64,000 nt of DNA from Octopus bimaculoides (taxonomy: Eukaryota). Position 1 is the stretch's first letter, and each line of letters starts with the position of its first letter. The translations under genes were made by a program, and so were the position numbers. Positions 34,681 to 48,469 of this stretch are shown piece after piece. Below the pieces are notes generated by a model. That model saw only the letters and a list, made by a program, of their open reading frames with translations. It was not told the origin of the DNA and made no database searches. Location of the stretch: positions 71,465,330-71,529,329 of the forward strand of contig NC_068982.1 of assembly GCF_001194135.2 (NCBI RefSeq), in the 5' to 3' direction.

Positions 34681-37346
34681 TTACAGAGCAAAGTCGATTC
34701 GGGTGTATGTTTGTTGTGTAAAATAGACCCCCAGCCTCTAGACTTGCTTCACAGTTAAAGCATCAGCTAATGTATAATATAAAATATATGGATATTTGTA
34801 GCAAGATATTAAATAAATATATCAACTCACAATATCTGTTGTGTCCGTGAAGTCCCTTGATTTTAACAGGAGGGAGAATGCTTTGTCAATGCATTTTAAA
34901 CTGAAAGAAAAAAAAAAAGGAAATGATGTCAGCGAACAAATTTATATGATGAACAGCCAGCTAAATTAATCTTATTGCTCCATTATTGCATCAAAATATT
35001 TTGAAAGCAGTTGTGTATTATTTTTATAATCTTAATTAGCAATAAAAGAAATTTCTCGATTACGTTATTTGTCCATTTTAGGTATATGCATCCACCCACA
35101 GTTAAAATGCTAGTTAACGGAAAACTTCTGATGATTTTGAGGCGTTCATGCCTTTCCAAATGCTCTACATATCGACGTTAAAACCTTGGGCTTGTCTACG
35201 CGGGTATATCCTACTGAAGATAGTGACTATACTTTAATCTTGATATATATATATAACTGCATGAGGGAGATATTACATGTATATAATGTTATAAGTTGAA
35301 CACCTTGTATGTTAATATCATCAGTAATTAAGCTGGTTTTATAAAAAAAAATTTCCAATACCTTATTTTCAAGTGATTTGCTCTTTATCTTTTGGTTGAA
35401 AATAAGTTCCGTTCGATGCAAATCTGATCTATAAGCACTTTGAGTCACTCTCCGCTGCATTAATCATCTTTGTCCAACACATTTCGTTTCGTCTTCTTTT
35501 AACATGATCCTGGATTTTTCGTCCTTGATCCCAAAATTTAACGTTTATTTATTTCCACGTTACAGAAAGCAACATCTTGCTATTCGTTTCAGTTATTGGG
35601 CTGCGGCCAAACTGGGGCACTACCAGAAAGAAGGCGTGGGTTTATATATATAGATAGATAGATAAAGAGAGAGATAGATAGATATATAGTTGATTGAATT
35701 TTGAATTGACCTAAGTAATCGTTTATCGATGTTGGTTGGATTCTGGATCGATAGAACGGCGCTCTTCTTTGAACTCCGCAGTGTGCAGTATTTACTGATA
35801 CTTATTAACGAGTGGTTTCACCATCTCTATCTAAACTGTGTGTAGGAGTGGAATATTAAAAATACCTTCTATTGACAGGCAGGGTGGGAATTCATAGCGA
35901 GGGTTTGCAACCTTGCTAGGTAGAAGATATCTCGCGTCACCCGATGCTCCATGAGAAGCGGAAGAATCTAAAACTGAATATGCTACATGAAGTTCTGGAT
36001 TAGTACGACCTTACGAAAAAACTTTATACACGAGGGTATATTTATGTCTACAGTTATCTATCTATCTGTATATATATATATCGTACGTTCCCATGGCCTA
36101 TTTATTTCTTGTATGCATGCACTGTTGTCTCACCAAAAGTTCTCTCTCTTTTTTTTATATATGTATAATCTTTGCTAGAATCTTAAGAATGTCTGCTGGT
36201 GGTAACAACTATTTCGATTCGCAGTTGTAACCATTTTCATGCCATATACTCTTGTTTCCTACGAGGTTTTGTGCCTAAAGCACTGATATTGGGTTCTGTA
36301 AGAAAATTTGGCTCAATATGATCCTCCGAAGCAGTGCTGAGTTATTTTGTTGCGTTTAATGAAGCACAAACGACCACAAAATTTATACTAAAACTTTTAA
36401 TGAAATAGCCATTGCTCTTTCGGCCGGCCTGTCTTCTCTGTATATGTGTAGGAGCGGACAGAATTACGAGATTTACACCTACTAACATTGAGAACGGGTA
36501 TTTCCTTGTACTGTGTTATATATATACTTCTATATCTTCTTGATTTAGTTCGCTGTACACAGGCTGTGATGAAAATATGTCAAAGCTAAATGTCAAGTAA
36601 CCAGAATCAAGCTCTGATCCTTTGAAACTGATTGGGGTTTTAGGCAAACACACACATACAGATGGGGAGTCCCCATAACCCATTTGGGTTACTAGGTATT
36701 GATTGAAAATATCGTCTTCGTGTACCCAGAGCACAACAGCTAATTGGAATCAACCATCTCCAAATTAACTGTAGCCATGGAAGCTTTGAGCACATCGTCG
36801 CTGGTCAATTATATATATAGATCTCACTGCTATAAGCAACGAATTGTCCCTTCTCGTTGTAGTAGTCTTGATACTAGATGGACTGGGCCATTGTCCATCG
36901 CCACCGATCTCGTTCCCCTCCACCACCGTACACTTAGGGATCTGTTGTTCGTTCAACGACATCCTTTAGGAATAGGGGGATTCGTTGACTGAATGATTAC
37001 TACAACTACTACTACTGTTTATCTTTTTGAGCAACTCATTCCCCTGGTGGTACAATGCAGTTTAACGTGTATACATCAGACATACTCGTGAATGTGTGTG
37101 TACACTATATATATATATATATATATATATAACACATACATGTATGTAATGCATTTGATACCTTTTTTTATTTATTAATCTGTAGGAAGTTACAAAAGTG
37201 ACTCGAGCCAGTTGTTTCGTGCATGCTACATATCAAACTTATTAGCGCTAGTTTCTACAAAACCTCTCTCTCTCCCCCTCCCGCTATATATATATTGGGT
37301 AACTCTATGTCCAAGGTATAAAATTTTGTTGTAATAATGATAATAA

Positions 37347-37388
<42 letters not shown>

Positions 37389-38699
37389 TACATATATTCA
37401 TATTCACACACATAATATATGTAATGTGTGTTTATATGTTTGTGTATGTGTACATAAATGTGTAGTATGAATTCAATATTTAGGCCAATTTTTGTCGTGT
37501 GTAACAGAAGCCGACTGTTTCACTTGCACTATCGTGCATGCTGTTGTTAAGAATTGTGCAACAGCACACGTGCAGAAATACTTGTATATTTTTAATACTA
37601 TGTTTGATCAGGGAGGTGACGTTGCGACATTATTGTTGTGTTAGTGTCGCAATAATGTGAAGTGGTTTCTTCCGAGAATCGAAACTAGATCGTCAACTCG
37701 GTCCCTGGAGATTAATTTTCTTTTCGTCTGAAATTATATTGAGATCTATTTTGGTTATACACAGGAATTCAGAGTTATAGCGAAGTGAATATGAGATGTT
37801 GTGATGTGCATGTTTTTTTTTTTTCTTTGCTTTTTCCGAACTGCTTTAGCGGTCTAATTCATATATGATAGTAACCGGATTGCATACACGGCCCACTTAA
37901 AACTTATTTACGTATAACGACGTTTTGTAAAAAAAAAACACAAAAAACTCTAACCCCAAGGCCACGAACTGGAAGGACAGTAAGTGTTNNNNNNNNNNNN
38001 NNNNNNNNNNNNNNNNNNNNNNNNNNNNNNNNNNNNNNNNNNNNNNNNNNNNNNNNNNNNNNNNNNNNNNNNNNNNNNNNNNNNNNNNNNNNNNNNNNNN
38101 NNNNNNNNNNNNNNNNNNNNNNNNNNNNNNNNNNNNNNNNNNNNNNNNNNNNNNNNNNNNNNNNNNNNNNNNNNNNNNNNNNNNNNNNNNNNNNNNNNNN
38201 NNNNNNNNNNNNNNNNNNNNNNNNNNNNNNNNNNNNNNNNNTATATATATATATATATATATATATATTTCAGCAGTAGCAATCATTAACAACGTATGTG
38301 AAGTGAGACAGTTTCAAGCTGAAATCGAAACCGCTAAAAGCAGCATCCTTTATAGACATACTTACACAGAAGCAAGCACCCAGACTATCCGACAACCGCT
38401 CATACTTCATTAAAAAGAGAAATACATTTTTACTGCCGTACACTTAGTATATATTTCAATGTGATCACGCACACACATATATAGACACACACATACCTCG
38501 CAGGATACTACTCCCGAAAAAAAAAACTACTGCTACTACTGTAATTTGTTGGATTTGTTTTATTTATTTATTTTTTTGTTTCGTTTAAGAATTTCTGTTT
38601 ATTATCTCATTGAAAGAATAAGGAAATTTGCTTCTGTATATATTATCGATATAATAATTATGAGTATTAGTGTGTTGTATGCGTATATCAACAACAGTT

Positions 38700-38942
38700 A
38701 CCCCCGTATAGTAAGTATATAATATACTATAATAATATCAGTATGATAGCAGTGGTATTAGCGCAGTTGGGGCTGCCGGTCCACTCCACTACTCAACTGA
38801 TGAAGAGAGCCGCGTGTGCGCGCGCTGATGAACGCACACATACATAGATACGTGTATATATATATATGAGCACACACGTATACATAGATACGCAACCATA
38901 CATAGATAAACATGCATATATACATACACGCACATATATATA

Positions 38943-38975
<33 letters not shown>

Positions 38976-38985
38976 NNNNNNNNNN

Positions 38986-39026
<41 letters not shown>

Positions 39027-39400
39027 GTATACATAGACACACGAACACATACATATGTTCACGCAAGCGGTTCCCCCTCTCTCTATTAGTCTTTTAGTCT
39101 CTCTCCCCTTCCTTTCGTGTTTATATCGTTTATTATTCTTCACTCTTCCTTCGTCTCTGCCCACTCTTCGCTCCTCCTCCTTGTCCTCCTCCTTCGCCTT
39201 CTTCCGTTGAAATTTGCATAAAGTTATGGCGGCCTCGTGTGGTTAGTCCCCATGTCATGCACATCATCGCATCAATGTCTCCCTTATTCTTGCTGCTACT
39301 GTTGCTGTTGTTATTATTACTGTTGTCGTTGTTGCTATTACCGTGACATAGCCGAACAAAAATGCCTTGGATTATCAAAATTCACCGTTTCAAATGTAAG
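38700..39400. promoter_or_regulatory. Candidate bidirectional promoter / first-exon region
   Basis: CpG cluster (gccgcgtgtgcgcgcgc); minus-strand Inr-like TCAGTT at 38795-38800 with a gtaact donor at 38701; octamer ATTTGCAT at 39212-39219; plus-strand aaaaATG at 39362 with an AAT|gtaagt donor at 39396. Confidence 0.35.
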
Positions 39401-42002
39401 TTGCTAGAGAGAGAGAAAACACACAAAAAAAAAGCTCCCCCTCCACAAAAAACCCACAAAAATTCCTTAAAAACCAACATGAGAGAAAAATAAGGATCTA
39501 TGGCGAATCTCTCTTCCCTTTAATGTATTTATATGTTATTAATTAGTTGTATTGAGATATATATATCTATCTATATATATATATGTGTGTGTTCTGTTTG
39601 AATATATGTTTTGTTTATTTTATTTTACTTTTATTTCTCCCTCTTTTCCTCTTTCTTTCACTCTCTTTTCCGTGTCTCAAAACACCTCGTTCTTATATAA
39701 TGATGTTTTTTTTTTCTAAATATTCTTATATTTAAATTATGTTTTCGAAGTGACTCTATGTATAAAAAAATATTTAAAAAAAATTGAACAAGAAAAGAAT
39801 TTTCGATGGGGAACAAACGTTTTGGTATCGAAGCAGAAAAGGGACAAACACAATCACCAGTGGGTCGGTGGCTGTATCTATATAAATNNNNNNNNNNNNN
39901 NNNNNNNNNNNNNNNNNNNNNNNNNNNNNNNNNNNNNNNNNNNNNNNNNNNNNNNNNNNNNNNNNNNNNNNNNNNNNNNNNNNNNNNNNNNNNNNNNNNN
40001 NNNNNNNNNNNNNNNNNNNNNNNNNNNNNNNNNNNNNNNNNNNNNNNNNNNNNNNNNNNNNNNNNNNNNNNNNNNNNNNNNNNNNNNNNNNNNNNNNNNN
40101 NNNNNNNATATATATATATATTCATATAAGATTCTATCTATACAGATATGTATAAGATTCTATCTATCTGTACTTTTTCAGGTTGCGCCTTTACAAAGGA
40201 ATATGTGCATGTATACATGGCATACACGTGTAGTATATGAAGGTATGTGCAAGAACGTGTGTACAAAAACGTCGTTGCACACATGTTTATAAATCATACT
40301 GCAGTTACACATGTGTGTATGTGAAAACCTCAAACATATGCATATATATGTATACACATACGCATATATGATAGGTTATGCACCGATTTCCCCTTCAATC
40401 TTCCTGTATGAAAAATATTATAAATATATATATATATATATATATTTACTTTATGTGTGTGTGCATGTATGTATATGAAATATAAAAATCATTTATTTCT
40501 GTATAGGAATTGGTAAGTCATGTTGATGCTTGGTTTCATTTAACCCCCGAACATTGTATCGGCAACAGATTTCCCCATTCTAAATTATTAAATTATCATT
40601 CGTTTTGACATTTCTAAATAGCTGAAGCATTTTTTTTTTTTCGTGTCTGAATTAATATTTCAATACCGACTTCTTTAGCGCACGCACTCATATGTATATA
40701 TGTATATATACGTACACAAGGCGTACGTGTCTGTTTTTATATTTAAGCAGCTAGTAGGACTAACTTTAAAAAAAGCAAGTGACTAACAACTGTGAAGTTG
40801 GTCGATGGTGTTTGTATATGTAGTGTGTAGTTATTTAATGCCAATTCTAGGTGGGAGTTAGGTTTAGGAAGGGAGGAAACAAATCACCAGGGAAAGCCCG
40901 GGTCGAAATTTTAAGCGACGTTATGTTTCCATATAACCGAAAAGCAATCGTTTTCCTCTCTCTCTCTTTTCCCATACGTGCTTTTATATATATATATATG
41001 TATATATATATATACACACACACACACAACTACCTGTGTTAGTCCCTTTTGTCACTAAATAATTTGTCATCAATTAATAGTTATTAAATATTATTATAAT
41101 ATTAGAGCAGAATCTAAATATAATATTGTAGCATTAAAACTCATGGTTCTTGTCGTTAGGAGTTCGTTAAAAGTTCTGATTGAGTTTATTTATTTACTTA
41201 TTTTTACCCACTCCATCCTCCAAATGACTGGAAGATCTAATATTAAGGTTCTTCATATTTGTTTCTGCTTACTCTGTCTTTATTATTATTGAACTCTTAT
41301 AAGATAGACCTACTAACAGGGCACTGGTTGTCTTGGCATTAATGGAATCCCTAGTCTCTGATACCTCTCAATCTTTCTCTCTCTCTCTCCCCACTCTCTT
41401 TCCAACACCTTTATTCTATCGTAAATACACATGGACCATACATAAGTACATCTTCGCCTTAACTAAACATTGTGTGTGTATATATATAGTATGATTCATC
41501 TGTTTCCACTCATGCAGCATGTATGTATGTATGATTTGATCCTTGAACCAAAAAGCGTCAGGAATTTCCAATTTACTTCTAACAGTGTTATTTTTTGCTA
41601 TTTCTTTCATCTTGCACTGATTTCTTGTTTTTTTCTTCTTCTTTTTGACCTTACAGGATCATTACGAACCGTTTGACAATGCGGACTCTCTTCTCTTCCC
41701 CCCCCTCTCACACACGTTTGTAATTATATATATATATATATATATATAACGTTGCAGATACAAATTGTTTATTTTATCAGTTCCCAGAGAATGCTTGGAA
41801 ATGTAGTTCCAGTTTCTTGAACCTCGACTAGAAGAAGATAATTTAGCCTTCCTTGCGGTGTTTGCTTGTGCGACAGCGCACCCCTCCCGCTGTTCCTTCT
41901 TATTTTCCTATGGGGTCCCTTAACACCGTTACCCTCTGGTTTTTCCCTTCCCCATCACTCTTTGCTTAATGAATGCATTTCTGAAGTCCAATGCACATGT
42001 TG

Positions 42003-42033
<31 letters not shown>

Positions 42034-43241
42034 TAAATAAATATATATGGTAGACTATCGGAAAACTGCTTCTAATGTGTATTCACTCTTGTCTATACTA
42101 TATCATGGTACAGTTGATTTTCCTTATTTGTTAAACGTAGAGTTGTGTTAATTATTATTATTATTAACAATTAATGTATGGCCTGGTCATTAGTGTCGTT
42201 TGGATTTATTTGCATGTCGTTATCTGAACTTATCCTTTTTCTTCTTCTTCTAGGCAACTACTGACCGATGGCAAATAAATAATGCTAGATACACACACAC
42301 ACACATATATAAATATATAAGCTAGCCTTCTCCGAGCGTGTACGAAACAGTCGTTGAACACACTTCGGTCACAAAATGCGGGGCCAATTCCAAACGTTCC
42401 TCATTATACAGAGTGAGCCCTCAGTTTGTGACAGTTACTTGTTTGTTTGTTAATTTGGTTATTTTTAATGAATGAAGGGGAGGATAAAAGATTTGGAAAC
42501 AAAATTTAGATATAGTAATAATAATAACAGAGTGATTATTTTAAAGATTTTTAAATGCTTTATACCTTTTTTTTTTTTTTTTATGCTGTTCCCTATTTGT
42601 ATTTGGATACCCCCCTTCTTTTCTCTCTCTCTCCCTAGCTAATTTATTCAAGGTTGCTTGTTATTACACTTTTATTGACGCTCCCCTCACCACTCGTGGG
42701 GCTGTTGTTTTCGGTGTTACTTTGCCATCTGTCATTGTATTTAAAATAAATGGAGTCGATAACTTACCCCTTGGGACGAGCTGCAAATTATCGATGCGTT
42801 TCGGTTCGGTCCCCTCCCTCACACATCCTATTAAGAAACACACACAACCACCACATTAATTTAAACGGTGACTTTACATCTAAATAAATAAATCTCTTTT
42901 GTGGGGAGAAGAATTCATACTTTAAAAAAAAAAAAAAATTTTTTTATGTATTTTAGTCCTTGTTTGTAATATCGAAAAATGATTCCAGAAGAAACAGCCC
43001 AGTGCTTGCAGTGCTGTGGTTACGTGACTAAAATTACTAGATAAAAGAAATCACCTTTTTTTTTTTTTTTTTTCTCTCTCTTTCCTAACAGTTGTCGAGA
43101 CATCGTGACGTCCCAGTCACTGGTGTGATGGTGGCCGAATGATGCAGCCCCTTCTCTATATCTCTCTGTCCTTTTTCTCTTTTACTCCTCCAGAGCTGGG
43201 GGAAAATAACCAAGAAAGCTTAGAATCCCACGTCAAGCACA

Positions 43242-43273
<32 letters not shown>

Positions 43274-43952
43274 NNNNNNNNNNTATATATATATATATAT
43301 ATATAGGAGTTAGGTAGCTAACTAAACAACAAGCAAGCAAGCAAACATCGCTTACTACCCATCAAATTGGCTACTTAAACTCAGTGCAGTTGCTTGTTTG
43401 TTTTTTCCCTTCTTCTTCTTTTCCTTCTGTTTTTGTCTCTTGCGGTTGTTGTGGTTTTATTTTTTAACCCCAAAATATTTTCTGCCCTCCCCCACCTCAT
43501 TTACGCCCTTTTTAAGTGATGATTATTTATTTCAGAAAAACGAAGATGGAAGATATATGCTTGCTTTCATTGAATGGTTCTAATTCATTAAATGTTTCTT
43601 CTAAGATATTTTTTTATTATTCTTATGATTACTTGTTTGCTGTCTTAATCATCTCCAGTAATTTTCGATTTCTGCTTTTGTGGTTATTTAGTTAATGTTT
43701 TCCTTTTTTTTATTTTTTACTTTTATTTATTCCTTAGTGAGGCTATTTCGACTTAATTAAGTCATTTGGGCGGAGTAAATCCAATCCGGAGACGTTAGGA
43801 TTTAAATTATAACAAACTCACGTCTCTCTCTAAACCATTAACTTTTCTGTCTCCATTAATAAATACCTATTTTTAATGATCATGACACAAACTTCTATAT
43901 TTGTATGCATCAGTGTTTAACCTTTCAGTAGACGTAGGTGTGTGTGTATGTA

Positions 43953-43985
<33 letters not shown>

Positions 43986-45559
43986 TAGAGCGTCGTATAC
44001 GTATTTAATTTTCTTAAAGATATATATATACCTATGTGTGCGTGTTTATATATATTATGAGGTATCTTTATCTATTTGGACTTCTTTTGTTGCTTTGATA
44101 TTTAAATTGTTTCTTTTTAAGACTCTTTGCTTATCTGCCACCATCTCTCATTAATATCTTGTGTTGTTTCAGTTCTGTTCGTGGAGAGAGATTTTATCCC
44201 TGGACAGCAGACTTAAGATAATAAATGACCGGTTGTTGTTTAAATTAATTCCTCCTCTATCCCCCTTCCGACTGATAAGAATCATTCCTTCTCTTCCCCC
44301 ACCACCACCACCACCACATTAAACACAAAAAATACTTGACTCACTGTAAGCCATTATTTCTCCCCATCATGGAAGCAACGAGACCCATTTTTGCCATAGA
44401 CTGCAGGGGCCAGCTTTTATTTTTTTTTATGACCGCTTTTCTCCTCCAATTCTTTGTCAATACTTTGCTTCTTCCCTTTTCCTCGTTTCTCCCATCTTTC
44501 TCATCTTATTTCACCACGCTTCAGGTATTTTACCCCCCCCCCCCNNNNNNNNNNNNNNNNNNNNNNNNNNNNNNNNNNNNNNNNNNNNCCTCTCTCTCTT
44601 TCCTCCTTCAGTATACGTTTCGGCGCTTCTTCTCGGCTCAGAAGGCCTTACTGTCCCAACACGTTTACTAAGGTGGTCAAACACGCTCACTCAGGCACTC
44701 GTACATACATGCTTACGCATCTGTCCTATATCGGTGTTAAGTCGAGTTCCTTCACCGATGCTTTCGTGCCTCGATTTTCTGCAAATCCCCACCCTCAGTA
44801 TTCCTGTTGGTTGATAAACAACCGATCGAAAGCCGGCCAAATCAAAAACGAATATTTTCTCCCATTGTTGCATTATTTATTCTGTATTCAAGTGAAATAT
44901 GCTTTTTTTCTGTTCTTTATATTATGTATACTTTTATCTCATCTCACCGTCTTTTTCCTTTACCCCCCCCTCATTTATGTAAATCCCCGCACAAATTGTA
45001 AACTGTCTTTGTAATGTCCTCCTCATCTGATGCCCCCTAGGCAAATAAATCATTATTATTAAATACTATACACGCATCCATTCGCATTCACACAGGATAT
45101 TCCAAATATTATTCGTAGCAACACCGATGCCACATTTTAAACTTACTTGATTGAAATACAATCACTAGCTCATTAATAAATTACTGCTTTTATTATACTA
45201 TTATTTTCAAACACTGAAAATTTTTATGTATCCTGATTTTATTTAATCCATTAAACCTTGCAAAATCCCTCCCCAAATAGTCTTAAACTAGCTGGTTACT
45301 CGCGCCCACTGTTATTATACTAACGCTTCCTTCATGATAAATAACTATTTTACCTCAAAGCCGTTAGTTTCGAGCAAAATGATCATTATTACTACTTATT
45401 TCATATAGCAGAAAGAATTACTCTTCTTGTAGCTGTATCGATATCATTTGGCCTCTTTGCAAACAATTCACATTCGTTTCCTTTTCCCATCTTGTATATA
45501 TACCCTTTATTATTCACTTCTTTGTTGTTGTTTTTGTACCTGCATTGTTATTGAGATTC

Positions 45560-45925
45560 TTCCTTCTGTTGATATGGCAGCTTTTGGCAAGAGAAATTGT
45601 TACAAGCTTCATCCTTGATCTAAATGTCAAATTCATCAGCAGTACACTTCTTTTCATCGCTGCCTGTATCTAGTACCTATCTATCATTTACATCTTGTGA
45701 ATTACTTTATTCCAGGACAGGTTGTAATCAACTCTTTCAATTTTTTACACCTACACCAATCATTGCACTGTTTAAACATTTTGCATTGTATGTCTAATAA
45801 ATCGTGTGTGTGTGTGTATGCATACTTTTATTTTTTAAAGTGTAACTTGGAGCAGATAAAACTATAAATGTTTAAATTTCTGGGTTAAAAACCCCTATGG
45901 AGAGAAAAGGCTGAAGGCTACCCAT

Positions 45926-45974
<49 letters not shown>

Positions 45975-46300
45975 GAACGAAAATGAGTTTGAAGAAATCC
46001 AGGCAAATACTTGAGTCAGTGCTCCAATATCTGTGATAACACCTGAGTAATGGAATGGAATGTCCAGCAAAGAGGATAGTAATCCATATAGGCTACATAC
46101 ACCAGGTGATCCATACAAACTATAAATCTGAGGTCATTGAGCGATTGATTGGTTGGTACATTAATCACAGGATGTATATATATATATATAATCTGAATTC
46201 TTCGGTAAGAAATTAGAAAGTTAAATCTGATCTGTATCATTTGGATTTCACAAAAACCTTTACTCTCTCACCAAATTAGGCTTAGCTATGTATATATGTA

Positions 46301-46334
<34 letters not shown>

Positions 46335-47900
46335 CATGTGTGTGTGTGTGTATGTAATATATATATTTCCCTATGTCCTAAATTCTGCATTCCCCACTCA
46401 CCGCTTTGATGCTAAAATAGCCAGAAGTTTTCCTGCAGTTCAGTTTGATAGTTGTGGATGTTACGCAATCAAAGTTTCACACCATTTGATCAATGAATTT
46501 ACTCCGTAATAAACTGATGCAAAGTGGTGCATCACTACTGCCATGACAACCTGCAGTCCACACAACCATTTTTTTTTAAAGTTAGCTGTAATTGTTTATT
46601 ATGAAATGTTTCAGTTGGTTTGATCCCCAATCTGTAGGTCTTTACTGACCAGAGTGTAGTTATAGATATTGTCAAATACTGCACTGTCAAGTATCTTTAT
46701 GCACCAATCGTGTTTTTGTTAATATGCATTGTATTGATCGTGATAGATTTACGGAACTGTAAACGTATTCGCTAGCCGATTTGAGTGATCACTTCAAACA
46801 CAACCTCTGTGTGTATGTGTGTGTGAGTACATATGTGATGTGAGAAAGGGAGAGAAATAGCTGTTGCAGGTATAAGAATTGAAACAGCGTAACGGAAATT
46901 AAGGCTAAATAATTCAGCCTGTAAAGCAAATCTACTTTGTTCCATATTCTTTGTGGTTTCGGAATCCTTTATCATTCCTGTTCATCTTGTTTAAATAATT
47001 GCAGTTTCTTTCATAATCTTATTTTAAGGCTGTTTCTTCATATCCAGTGACTTAGTGTTTTTTACCATGCTCATACATTCTGTTGCATTTCAACTTGTAA
47101 ACTTCCCTGCTAGTTTGCACTCTAAATACCTCTCTCAAGCTGTACCAAGTCACCCTTTCTACTTTATTTCATTTAATGTCAAAGACATCACACAGCAAGA
47201 TATCTTTGTCGCATGGCTTTAGGCACCTGTCTTTGCAATATTGTCTTTTTCTACCATGTTTGGATCTGTAATAAACATCATGTATGAACTAACAGAGAAG
47301 CCCACTACATGACCATTGCCATTCAACCCTGCTGTTTTGAAGAAAGAATATGTTGGACAATCTAGTCTCTCTGACTTAGAAAAATTGTTAAGATGATCTT
47401 AACCGGAACACCTTTGATCCGAGATAGGTCTCTGCTTCATCAGACTATGGAAAATCTTGGTGATGTGAATCAATTACAAGGGTTTTGAATGTACACGGAT
47501 GTCTGCACACACATGCTCATCACATCAAAATGAAATTTATTATGTTTCAGTTGTTACGTTACGGACCCAAACCATTGGATCATAAAGTATGTTTATTTTT
47601 TTTCTGTCAATGTCTGTTCTACAGTTTTTGAATTTTTGTTCCTTCTATGTTCTAACCCGTAAAGCCAACTATGAATGAAAACTTGCCTATGCTGGAGATT
47701 TGTAAACAGCTTGCTTGCACAAGTGCTGCCAGTCAAAAACTCCGAACAGCAGTAGATTTCAGGGGACATAAAGAGTACACACCATTTTCAGGGCCTTCGT
47801 CTCGGTGGTTTTACAGTGTACCAGTTCCCCTCTTTGATGCGAGGCCCCGCTTACTAAATCGATTGACTTTACTGAAAGATGTTAAGGCTGTTTTGATTTG
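45560..47900 (-). pseudogene. Decayed coding-like sequence, possibly a Mutator/MULE (ZSWIM-like) transposase remnant
   Basis: One minus-strand frame over about 46780-47470 stays protein-like with scattered stops: RLDCPTYSFFKTAGLNGNGHVVGF ... MFITDPNMVEKDNIAK. This resembles the MULE DGNG..IV.F and MTDKD..E motifs, but the similarity was judged by eye only. Confidence 0.35.
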
Positions 47901-48469
47901 AGCAGATAAGAATTTGGCCCAATATTTAGTGACTATATTTTCTTTCATGGTCTTCTTTCTTATTTGTGATTTTTTAAAAAATCTATTTTGTTTGGGCAGT
48001 ATTTGATTGATTAGTCATTATAACTAGTGCGTATTTAATGGTAACTGTATGTTCGTTTATCTGCTCATTAGGTGTCTATTTCCATTTAACCATGGTGGGT
48101 TAAGTGAAAATGTATTACTGAAGCAATGTTTTAGAGCAGGCTACCCTTGTTTTTCAAGTCGAAGTTTTCATTCCACTCATTTTCGAAAGTGCAGGTTTAT
48201 CGGATGACTGCTTAACAAGGAATTATCAACAAACACTGTTTGTAACTCAGTTCAGCACAGAATATAAACATTCGCACGCACAAGCCTATGGGTGTCATGA
48301 ACTTTCTGTCTGACAAATCTCACTCACAAGATAAGTGGTCAGAGTTTACAACAGAGCACAGCCCTTACCCAGGGTACCACGCAGCAGTAGGAGCAAACCC
48401 AAAAACACATAGTTCCAAAGCAAACTTCGTAACCAGACACCCATGTCTGCGGCCTACCTTTTATCTTTA

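Noticed and set aside
38797-38840. Two CTGATGAA motifs suggesting a hammerhead ribozyme or C/D snoRNA
   Set aside because: No GAAA core or stems for a hammerhead, and no convincing box C/D geometry; better explained as promoter-like sequence.
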